The translations under genes and the position numbers were made by a program. Below, one piece after another: positions 1 through 7,597 of a stretch of DNA of 64,000 nucleotides; position 1 is the stretch's first letter; the number at the start of each line of letters is the position of its first letter. The DNA is taken from sequence record GU911519.1; one strand, given 5' to 3'. Below the pieces are notes generated by a model that saw nothing but the letters and a program-made list of their open reading frames with translations, had not been told where the DNA came from and ran no database searches. The DNA is from Acinetobacter phage Acj61.

Positions 1-2196
1 CTATTTGCCAGGATTCAAAATTTTGTATTGTTCTGCAACTTTCATTGCATCTTTATCGCTGATATCGTATTTCTCTGCTAAATAGAATTCAATTAATGGA
101 TTCGATTTCTTGAACTCAGCATAGTTATGACGATAATCTTTTTCTGCAGCCTCCATTGCAGTTTTCCATTTAGTGACATAGATTTTCACTAACCGAGCAA
201 ATGTAGTTTGATTGCTAAATCGAATATCAACGAATCGATTTGCCCAAGCATTATACTCTTGCGCTTTAGGATTTCCTGTACGAGTGAATTCCTTGATCAT
301 GAAATTGAGACATTCATGTTTAGTCAATTTGTTGCACAATCGACTCTTAGGACTCAAGTAATAAACTTCATTTTTGCGTACTTCTTTTGTCAAATCTTTT
401 AGTTGTTGGAATGCTTCTAAGAATAAACATTCAACATTTTCGTTACGTTTGACTTTGTCCCAAATCGACGGACGAACCATTGTGAACTCACGGACATGCA
501 TGTACTTAGCCATTGTCTTGATTCGAGCGATCTCAATTCCGCAGATAAGATTAAAGTTATCATGTAGAGCTGCTGGTGTATCACGATATTGTCCGATAAC
601 ATAACCTTCTAACTCATCTACTTCATGTGCATTCATGAATAATTCTTGAGCTGTGTACATCTTAGCGGCATCGCTCCATGTGTAACGCATGCCATTTGGA
701 GATGCAGGTCGAGGAGCAGTATCACGAGTACGTTTGACTCCATAATTTGCTACTAACTTACGAACTTCTTCAAGTTCTGATGATCGAAGAGTGATTACTT
801 CGTCCATACCCATTGTAGAACGAATTTCTTTGAGTACATCAACTGCTCGCGGGTCGCCTTCAACCGTCATGTAGATGTACTCATCCTGAGTTGGATGATT
901 CACATCGGTTGAAGCATAAAGACCTTTCATTGTAGTCTGGATACTCTTCTTACAATCATTGATTAAAATGAATGCTCGTTTTTGCTTGTATGAGTACACA
1001 TTTGCTAAGTTGACTTCTGAAGCTCGGAAACGTCGATACGAACCAGATGTCTTTGTAACACCTTTCTTTGGAATAGCTTTGCCATACGAATATTCATAAA
1101 GGCGGCCGGCTTGGTTGATGCCAAGTTCAATACGAGTTAAGTCATGACCACTTGTCAATTCAGAAACAGTTTTGCCAAGGAACTTGATCTTTGAATTTGT
1201 AAGAGCAGTGAAAGCACCAGCTGACATGCTGTTTAAATGACGAGCTACTTCACGTGGATTAATCAATGCTCGAATGACATCCAAATCTTTTTCACGTTCA
1301 AATTCATTTAGACTATTTACTCGTTTGCAAATATTTGCAACAGTAGTTTCGTCCAATGAGAGTTCTTCACGAGATGGCTGGATGTCCAATTCGCCGAGCT
1401 CAAAATGGATGTACACTGTGTTATAGCTGTGTCCTAACCAAGATGCATCCATTCCATCGACATCTTTCAATGGATACACAATGTTACCGTACACTGCATA
1501 TATACCAGAGTTATGATTTGATTGACGAACTCCAAACCAATTCTTCGAGTACTGAGGCATTTTGTCAAATGAATCTACATTGAAATCTATGATGCCTTTG
1601 ATTTCATATGATTTGCTCGGAAATGGACGCATGACATAACTGATTTCGCTGTGCCATTTTGCAATGTCATCAATTTTGACAGGAACAATGACTTCAATAC
1701 CGGGCTTGTCAGTGTCATTGAAAGGCTCTTCATGAGTTTTGACAATTGCGGGTTCGCCATTTGAAAGCATACATGAATAAACTCGAACCATACCTTCAAA
1801 ATATGATACAACCGAGAATGTTGATGTGTAACTGAATGGAGACTTAGAACCAAGGCCTAGAGCACCAATCTGATCGTTACGATTCGCCTTTGTTGATGCG
1901 AAATAAGTTGTGTACAATTCGATCATGTCTTCATCTGAAAGGCCAGGACCAAAGTCACGTACAATGAAACGAGGATCGAGTAAGTTAGGACCTTGAATTT
2001 CATAAGGTGCACTATTTGAATTGATGACATGTGCATCAACTGCGTTACATACAAGTTCACGTACTACAGCACGAATCTTGTTCTTGTAGATGTTGCTTGA
2101 CAGCACTTTAAATGCTTTGGCTGATGCTGCAATCGTGAATGCTTTAGTTTCTCCAGCATTCCCGATGACTTGATCGTTTTCACCTTGAATAATCAT
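1..2196 (-). CDS. rIIA: rIIA membrane-associated protector protein (N-terminal HATPase_c/GHKL-like domain)
   Basis: Stop codon at 1-3; N-terminus MIIQGENDQVIGNAGETKAF...RAVVRELVCNAVDAH aligns with T4 rIIA; GAGGAG RBS ahead of ATG at 2196; track start 2286 is an in-frame upstream extension. Confidence 0.9.
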   Translation of the reverse strand: MIIQGENDQVIGNAGETKAFTIAASAKAFKVLSSNIYKNKIRAVVRELVCNAVDAHVINSNSAPYEIQGPNLLDPRFIVRDFGPGLSDEDMIELYTTYFASTKANRNDQIGALGLGSKSPFSYTSTFSVVSYFEGMVRVYSCMLSNGEPAIVKTHEEPFNDTDKPGIEVIVPVKIDDIAKWHSEISYVMRPFPSKSYEIKGIIDFNVDSFDKMPQYSKNWFGVRQSNHNSGIYAVYGNIVYPLKDVDGMDASWLGHSYNTVYIHFELGELDIQPSREELSLDETTVANICKRVNSLNEFEREKDLDVIRALINPREVARHLNSMSAGAFTALTNSKIKFLGKTVSELTSGHDLTRIELGINQAGRLYEYSYGKAIPKKGVTKTSGSYRRFRASEVNLANVYSYKQKRAFILINDCKKSIQTTMKGLYASTDVNHPTQDEYIYMTVEGDPRAVDVLKEIRSTMGMDEVITLRSSELEEVRKLVANYGVKRTRDTAPRPASPNGMRYTWSDAAKMYTAQELFMNAHEVDELEGYVIGQYRDTPAALHDNFNLICGIEIARIKTMAKYMHVREFTMVRPSIWDKVKRNENVECLFLEAFQQLKDLTKEVRKNEVYYLSPKSRLCNKLTKHECLNFMIKEFTRTGNPKAQEYNAWANRFVDIRFSNQTTFARLVKIYVTKWKTAMEAAEKDYRHNYAEFKKSNPLIEFYLAEKYDISDKDAMKVAEQYKILNPGK

Positions 2197-2206
2197 TACG
2201 GTCTCC

Positions 2207-2410
2207 TCAATAAGGGTTAGAGATAAGAGATTGAGCTTTAGCAAAATCTTCTTGGGTTGCAGAACCATCTTCGATACGATCAGCAAGTTCTAAGTTTGCT
2301 TTACGATCAATTTCAGCTTCATCGATATCAAAGAAACGTTCAGCGAAATGATGGCGAGTTGTTATTGCTTCTTTAAGGCGGTCTAAATTAATTTCAATAG
2401 GCAACATCAT
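2207..2410 (-). CDS. hypothetical small acidic protein (positional analogue of rIIA.1)
   Basis: 67-aa ORF immediately upstream of rIIA, downstream of an early-promoter cassette at 2431-2471. Confidence 0.5.
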   Translation of the reverse strand: MMLPIEINLDRLKEAITTRHHFAERFFDIDEAEIDRKANLELADRIEDGSATQEDFAKAQSLISNPY

Positions 2411-2430
2411 TTTGATTTACTCATTGTTTG

Positions 2431-2471
2431 TTGATAAGACCATTATATCAACGTGTCATGAAGAAGTAAAC
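2431..2471 (-). promoter_or_regulatory. early sigma70-type promoter cassette (PeSL-like) for rIIA.1/rIIA
   Basis: Sense strand: TTTACT (+2465-2470) - 17 nt - TATAAT (+2442-2447); core tgataagaccattata. Confidence 0.6.
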
Positions 2472-2494
2472 AGTTTTGTGAAAATATTTTGAAC

Positions 2495-2526
2495 TATTTT
2501 AAACGATCAAAGGACCCGAAGGTCCT
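2495..2526 (-). terminator. rho-independent terminator (UUCG tetraloop), bidirectional
   Basis: ggacc-cgaa-ggtcc with U/T runs on both strands. Confidence 0.5.
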
Positions 2527-2632
2527 TTTTGAATTTGTCTTTACGTTTGTACTGTGTCTTGTCTTGCACAACTTGCATCTTAAACGCAGGAGTTCGAACA
2601 GCTTTAGCGATTGGATTACGTTTACCTTTCAT
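2507..2632 (-). CDS. tiny basic ORF (41 aa, MKGKRNPIAKAVRTPAFKMQVVQDK...)
   Basis: ATG 6 nt after AAGGAA; sits between two terminator-like hairpins; its last codons lie inside the 2512-2525 hairpin, so it could equally be non-coding. Confidence 0.3.
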   Translation of the reverse strand: MKGKRNPIAKAVRTPAFKMQVVQDKTQYKRKDKFKKDLRVL

Positions 2633-2649
2633 AACATTTCCTTAAATAG

Positions 2650-2669
2650 GAGGCTGCTTTCGCAGCCTC
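2650..2669 (-). terminator. terminator-like GC hairpin after ATP-grasp gene
   Basis: gaggctgc-tttc-gcagcctc, 8-bp stem, 10 nt after stop codon. Confidence 0.45.
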
Positions 2670-2676
2670 ATTGAGT

Positions 2677-3915
2677 TTACTTCCAAAGATAAGAGTATTT
2701 ATCTTCAAGGTCATATGGAATCATCATATGACTTGCAAAGAATGCATTCATACCAGTGACTAGATTTTGATCTTCTCGGACACTCATACCACATGCCTTG
2801 TCGCCGATAATCCATGAACCAAGAATTGGGTAGTAGCCATCATGACTTGGAATGTCTACCCATTGCTGATACATGTAGCCCCAGTGATCATATTCTGGAA
2901 CCAAGTGAGAACCTTGAGCTAGTCGTTCAACATGATTTCCGTTCTCAAACGTTGATTGGAAAATGTTTGAACCTTCACGTCCATGGATGGCTTTCTTAGC
3001 CCATTTAGAATATGATGTCGGTTTATGGATATGAGATTCAAGAAGCAATGGATGATCTGGAAACATCTCCCAAAGCTTGACTAACATTGCCTTATTTGAC
3101 AATAACATTTTCCATGCAGGTTCCATCCAGCGTGTAGGAGCGTCGATGATATTTTTACCGAACTCTTCTTCAGTGATCCATTCCCATGGATACAATTTGA
3201 ACAAATCTCGAATTTCTTTATCTTCAAGATCAACAAATCGATTTTCAGGTGTAAGACCAATTTGTTCCATTTGGATTTCTTTAACAGTCATTCCTGAACG
3301 CAATGCGTTGTCCATGAGATAAACAAGATTGCCAAAGTCTTCATGACGGAATCCACCTGATGCAGCAAAGTGAATCAATGAACCTGGGCTGAATCGTTTC
3401 TGCCAAGTTTCAGTTAGTGTCTCATCAATAAGGTTATATTGAGTGCGAAGTTCTTGTGGCACAGGTTGTCCATTAGGAAGATTCTTGATTTGCTCTAAGT
3501 AATGCCATTGACCTACTGAACATTCAAGAATTGAAACTGGTGTGTCACCATTGTACTCTAACATTTTTAGAGAACCATCACGTTGTTGAACCAAATCGAA
3601 ACGACCGTATAATGAAGGCTCTTTAAGATGCCATGATTGTTCAATCAAAGGAATGTCACGTTCATTCAATTTGAAGTATTCAGGATAATCGCCTGATTTG
3701 ACCATTTGCGATACCATTTCGATACACATATTGTGAAGGTCTTGAGTTGCATCTTGAATTCGATCAACTTGCGTTTCAGAAAAAGCATACATAACACCTT
3801 CTTGCCAGTATGGTAAGTTGTCAGGGCCTGAAGGTGCGTTCCAATAATTCATGCCGATGCCTTCAAGCTGTTGGATGAAATCAGGACGTTTTTCAAAATT
3901 TGTATGACGTTTCAT
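2677..3915 (-). CDS. YgiC/YjfC-like glutathionylspermidine-synthase-family ATP-grasp ligase
   Basis: Motifs LFKLYPWE, WMEPAWKMLLSNKAMLVKLWEMFPDHPLL, REGSNI, ILGSWIIGDKACGMSVRED match E. coli YgiC/GspS synthetase domain; real ATG at 3915 (AAAGAG RBS); track start 3945 is the ATG inside TATAATG of the promoter. Confidence 0.75.
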   Translation of the reverse strand: MKRHTNFEKRPDFIQQLEGIGMNYWNAPSGPDNLPYWQEGVMYAFSETQVDRIQDATQDLHNMCIEMVSQMVKSGDYPEYFKLNERDIPLIEQSWHLKEPSLYGRFDLVQQRDGSLKMLEYNGDTPVSILECSVGQWHYLEQIKNLPNGQPVPQELRTQYNLIDETLTETWQKRFSPGSLIHFAASGGFRHEDFGNLVYLMDNALRSGMTVKEIQMEQIGLTPENRFVDLEDKEIRDLFKLYPWEWITEEEFGKNIIDAPTRWMEPAWKMLLSNKAMLVKLWEMFPDHPLLLESHIHKPTSYSKWAKKAIHGREGSNIFQSTFENGNHVERLAQGSHLVPEYDHWGYMYQQWVDIPSHDGYYPILGSWIIGDKACGMSVREDQNLVTGMNAFFASHMMIPYDLEDKYSYLWK

Positions 3916-3932
3916 ATTAACTCTTTGTTTTG

Positions 3933-3979
3933 TTGATAAGACCATTATACCACAAAGGCAGTTTGAAGTAAACTGCCTT
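3933..3979 (-). promoter_or_regulatory. early promoter cassette with -35 inside stem-loop
   Basis: ggcagttt-gaagt-aaactgcc hairpin (3957-3977) carries TTTACT; 17 nt; TATAAT at 3944-3949; hairpin doubles as terminator for upstream gene. Confidence 0.6.
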
Positions 3980-3989
3980 TTTCATTTAT

Positions 3990-4268
3990 TTAACGTGGTA
4001 TTGAAATTGTGCACATGTGGATAGGATATCGAATCTTATGCGTAGCAGTTGTTATGACTAGGATGCCTGAGTCATACGAGAAATCAAATGAGCTTGAACT
4101 ACCACGGTAAACGTTGATTCGTCCCTTTTGATCTGTACACTCTGCAACCCATAATTTAGGGTCTGTAGCTGGAGCAGCATTTACAGTTTGAGTTACAAAC
4201 AATGCTACTGCAATGATAAGACCGATGATGAAACACAAAATCATTTGACCATTATTTAAATTGTACAT
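3990..4268 (-). CDS. small secreted protein, two-Cys family (paralogue of 4272-4556)
   Basis: N-terminal signal peptide ...TQTVNAAP; GGAGATAATCA RBS; shares C-x-D-x-x-G-x-I-x-x-Y-x-G-x-S...C pattern with neighbour. Confidence 0.55.
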   Translation of the reverse strand: MYNLNNGQMILCFIIGLIIAVALFVTQTVNAAPATDPKLWVAECTDQKGRINVYRGSSSSFDFSYDSGILVITTATHKIRYPIHMCTISIPR

Positions 4269-4271
4269 TGA

Positions 4272-4556
4272 TTATCTCCATTCAACCATTTCACAACGAT
4301 GCTGAGGTATTGTGACAACTCGATCACGTAATGTAACGTTTACGTAAGTGCCATCACCGTACCAACGAATTGTATCTGAGTTGCCATTGTAAGTGATGAT
4401 ATTTTGACCAGTCAAATCAAAACAACGAAGTTCTCTATCTCCACGAATTTTACCGTCTGGTGCTGCTGTAGCAGCCTTTGATGCAAAGAATACTAATAAG
4501 CATACGATTGCAACAGTTATTGCACAAATTACTTTACGTTTCATGTTCGTCTCCAA
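4272..4556 (-). CDS. small secreted protein, two-Cys family (paralogue of 3990-4268)
   Basis: Signal peptide ...FFASKAATAAP; GGAGACGAAC RBS before ATG 4556. Confidence 0.55.
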   Translation of the reverse strand: METNMKRKVICAITVAIVCLLVFFASKAATAAPDGKIRGDRELRCFDLTGQNIITYNGNSDTIRWYGDGTYVNVTLRDRVVTIPQHRCEMVEWR

Positions 4557-4567
4557 TTATTTGGGAA

Positions 4568-4594
4568 AGAGAAAAGGGACTCATATGAGTCCCA
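4568..4594 (-). terminator. rho-independent terminator
   Basis: gggactca-ta-tgagtccc followed in sense by UUUUCUCUUUCCC. Confidence 0.55.
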
Positions 4595-4600
4595 GATTAA

Positions 4601-5149
4601 TTAACCACCAGATGAAACAGCTCCACCGAATCCACCACGAGATGCAGATGAAACACTTGATCGGCTTGAAGAACTCGAAGTTGCTGAGCTACGAGCGGCA
4701 GCTTGAGCACGAGATTCTGTTGAACGAGCTGAATTTAAGTTCGATGCACTTGGTCGAACATAAGCACTTGAACCGTATGAACGTTGGCGATCACGATACG
4801 AGTTATATGAACCATTTGACATCATGTTACCAAGCATCATACCCATTGCTCCAGCCATTAGCATATCCATGCCTGAGTAACCTGAACTTGCTGCTTGCTG
4901 AGATGCAGCTTGCGGATTCGTTTGATGCAATTCAAGAAGTTTTACCCAATCTTCATAAGAGCCAGTATAGCCATTAGCTTTGGCTTCTTCGTATGATTTA
5001 TTAAGTGTGTCGGCAACCTGAACGTATGCACCATCAGCAGTTTTTGCTACACCAGAATCTTGTGTTGCAACGCTGTCTTGGCTAGAACACCCAGCGAATA
5101 CAAAGGCAGGTACGATAAGCATTGCGATAGTTTTGTTTAAACGTTTCAT
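4601..5149 (-). CDS. lipoprotein with Ser-rich low-complexity C-terminus
   Basis: Signal + lipobox VFAGC; AAGGAAAAT RBS; followed by terminator hairpin 4576-4593. Confidence 0.6.
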   Translation of the reverse strand: MKRLNKTIAMLIVPAFVFAGCSSQDSVATQDSGVAKTADGAYVQVADTLNKSYEEAKANGYTGSYEDWVKLLELHQTNPQAASQQAASSGYSGMDMLMAGAMGMMLGNMMSNGSYNSYRDRQRSYGSSAYVRPSASNLNSARSTESRAQAAARSSATSSSSSRSSVSSASRGGFGGAVSSGG

Positions 5150-5158
5150 GTATTTTCC

Positions 5159-5500
5159 TTAAATATCAATTGATGAAAATTGTGCGATGATTGCAAGACC
5201 AACTGAAATGAATCCAAGACCAATCCAAGCTCCAATATCAAGAGTTTGATTAAGCATAGCCTTGGCTAAAACTGCAGTTGCGATAGCACCAACTCCAGCC
5301 CAGAGGACATACAAAATTCCTGCTTGCATATGTTTTAATGCGATAACACAGGCAATGAATGAACCAAAGTATAATAATCCTCCGATAATTGATGGAATGA
5401 TATTAGAAAAACCTTCGGATTTTGCCATATAAATTGTTGAAACTACATCAGTGACTATAGCGATTAATAACCAAAATGTTCCGATCATTGTAGGGCTCAT
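5159..5500 (-). CDS. SMR-family (EmrE/Gdx-like) four-helix small multidrug-resistance transporter
   Basis: 113 aa, 4 predicted TM helices; ...YMAKSEGF and YVLWAGVG match EmrE KFSEGF / YAIWSGVG; Asp18 aligns with EmrE Glu14. Confidence 0.7.
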   Translation of the reverse strand: MSPTMIGTFWLLIAIVTDVVSTIYMAKSEGFSNIIPSIIGGLLYFGSFIACVIALKHMQAGILYVLWAGVGAIATAVLAKAMLNQTLDIGAWIGLGFISVGLAIIAQFSSIDI

Positions 5501-5514
5501 ATTATATTTGATAG

Positions 5515-5557
5515 ATCTATTATAACAAAAAAGGAATATGATGTAAACATATTCCTT
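5515..5557 (-). promoter_or_regulatory. early promoter cassette with -35 in stem-loop (drives SMR gene)
   Basis: aaggaatat-gatgtaaac-atattcctt hairpin 5531-5557; TTTACA - 17 nt - TATAAT (5519-5524). Confidence 0.6.
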
Positions 5558-5569
5558 TATTATTTTTGA

Positions 5570-6274
5570 TTATTTAATTATCAATTTTTTATTTTCTATT
5601 CTTGCTCCAATAACTCTACCATATCCAACAAGCCAAGTTTTGAAATCCGTTCCTTTGGAATTGGATTCATATTTTTGCGAATCCATGTATTTTTTAAATA
5701 GCTCGAATGATTCTTCAGGATTTTTATCGATTTCATATTTAGCGTCATGGACTTTAGCTACGCCAGATTTAATTTTTGCGCTTTTGATAAGATTTGCCAT
5801 TAATTCGTCCAGCGGCAAATTTTTTCCGTATACGCTTGAAAATATTTTATTAATTCCGGTAGGCGACAGGCTTTTCACAAGTTTAAGGAATGTTTTATAT
5901 TTTTCTCCGTTCCATTTAGCGGCACGAAAGAAAATATTTGTCGGGCCACTTCTAACTGTAATGCTTGAATAACCAGCATCTTCTAATAAAGCTACAAAGG
6001 CACTAATTACAGCTGAATTTTCCGATGGTTTAAGAGATTTGTCTGATGATGACAATACTATATCAAAAGTTAAATAATAATCATCTTGCTTTAACTCAGT
6101 GATCATGTAATGTTTGATCAATGGCGTTTTTGTTGGGAGCCAAGAAGTCGTAATTCCGTTATCATACTTTGCTTTTGCACCAGGAAGCTTCGAACTTTTT
6201 AAAGCTTCTGTAGAGATTTTAAAAGAATTAGTCGGGATTGTCTCGGCTTCATATAATGTTTTAAAACTAATCAT
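5570..6274 (-). CDS. hypothetical protein (234 aa) in AT-rich island
   Basis: Long ORF with no recognisable motifs; local AT content clearly above flanking genes; own promoter cassette upstream. Confidence 0.5.
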   Translation of the reverse strand: MISFKTLYEAETIPTNSFKISTEALKSSKLPGAKAKYDNGITTSWLPTKTPLIKHYMITELKQDDYYLTFDIVLSSSDKSLKPSENSAVISAFVALLEDAGYSSITVRSGPTNIFFRAAKWNGEKYKTFLKLVKSLSPTGINKIFSSVYGKNLPLDELMANLIKSAKIKSGVAKVHDAKYEIDKNPEESFELFKKYMDSQKYESNSKGTDFKTWLVGYGRVIGARIENKKLIIK

Positions 6275-6313
6275 TGAGGTATTCCATTAAGGCAATTAAT
6301 ATGTAAAAATTAT

Positions 6314-7324
6314 TTATACAATTTGATCAAGCCATCTTTCACGAATTGTATCTTTAACAATAGTTTGAAGTCCGGCTTTCAATTTTGAAGGTTGTTTGGC
6401 ATCATTGATTGATACTCCTTCACGTTCAGCTTCAACAAAGATATCTCGCATGGTTAGACCGAGGACTTTACCAAAATCTTTAGAAGTCACTTCGCCGATA
6501 TGAGAGATTACGTTTGAAACACGGTTCCACGTAACAAATTCACTGAACTTTTCAAGAAGAGCTAAGTCTTCAGCAGGAAGAGGTACCGGAACAGCAGGTG
6601 CTTTACCTTTACCTTTTTCTTTGAATTTGTCAGTTTTATATTTGATAGCAATTCGGCCACCAGTTCGTAAGAACATAGGAGTTACTGGCTTGATCACAAG
6701 TCCTTCAGACACGTTGTCTTTTGCTTCCGGCTGTTCGAATTTCATTTGGTTAACGATTGCACCTTGAGCTTCAAATAATTTGTCGTACTCGTTAACAACA
6801 GTGTCATATTCGACTGGCAATTTTAAGAGTTCATCAATAGTTCCGAGGCCAATGACAGGAGCCATTTTAAGGTGATGAGCAAAACATAACTTAGTTACAA
6901 AGTCATCAGCCATGTACAAAGCTTCAGTTCCATTTTTGGTAAAGATGACATCAAACACATAGAAGTCTTTTTCACCATAATCAACTTCTTTCTGGATTCC
7001 ACCACCTGCATATTCACCAAAGATTTGAATTTGAGTGATTTCTCCACCAATGTATGCACTTTGAATTTCTTTAAAGTGAGTTTTGTATTTAGCCATGAGA
7101 TCTTCATAACCGAAGAACTTTTCAGTTTCAGTGATTGGGCCAGAACGTTTTGCAGGACTGATTGAGTCGGCAGTAATGATTACGCTGAAGTTAGTGCCAT
7201 GAATCTTTTCACGAGCAACAAATAATTCATTACGAAGTCCATTAGCATCGAGATAATCGAAAACCGCTGCAAGGAATTTACCGTTAGTGTGATTTTCTAA
7301 GCTAGAGTATTTTTGAAAAGTCAT
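6314..7324 (-). CDS. rnlB: RNA ligase 2 (Rnl2-type ATP-dependent RNA ligase)
   Basis: MTFQKYSSLENH...VAREKIHGTNFS (KxHG nucleotidyl-lysine motif)...FGEYAGGGIQKEVDYGEKDFYVFDV aligns closely with T4 gp24.1 Rnl2; AGGAAATG RBS. Confidence 0.85.
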   Translation of the reverse strand: MTFQKYSSLENHTNGKFLAAVFDYLDANGLRNELFVAREKIHGTNFSVIITADSISPAKRSGPITETEKFFGYEDLMAKYKTHFKEIQSAYIGGEITQIQIFGEYAGGGIQKEVDYGEKDFYVFDVIFTKNGTEALYMADDFVTKLCFAHHLKMAPVIGLGTIDELLKLPVEYDTVVNEYDKLFEAQGAIVNQMKFEQPEAKDNVSEGLVIKPVTPMFLRTGGRIAIKYKTDKFKEKGKGKAPAVPVPLPAEDLALLEKFSEFVTWNRVSNVISHIGEVTSKDFGKVLGLTMRDIFVEAEREGVSINDAKQPSKLKAGLQTIVKDTIRERWLDQIV

Positions 7325-7379
7325 GTCTACATTTCCTATGTGGTTAAATTTGATATTGATACTTTAAATCAAAAATGTT

Positions 7380-7574
7380 TTAAGCAATTGCAACGAAAGA
7401 ACGAGCGATAAGAATTGGACCTACTTTAATAGGTGTGAATGCACCTGATTTTGTGAGTTCATCGATAACTTTTGTGTGTTTGACAAAAGGTATATCTAAC
7501 GATACTTGCTCTTGGCTTATTGCTATGTGACCAGTTTCCATATTTGTTGCTACAGCTTCAAGTACGATTTTCAT
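7380..7574 (-). CDS. hypothetical small protein
   Basis: 64-aa ORF MKIVLEAVATNMETGH...; GGAG 6 nt upstream of ATG 7574. Confidence 0.4.
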   Translation of the reverse strand: MKIVLEAVATNMETGHIAISQEQVSLDIPFVKHTKVIDELTKSGAFTPIKVGPILIARSFVAIA

Positions 7575-7597
7575 ATTCATCTCCAAAAGGATGCGGC

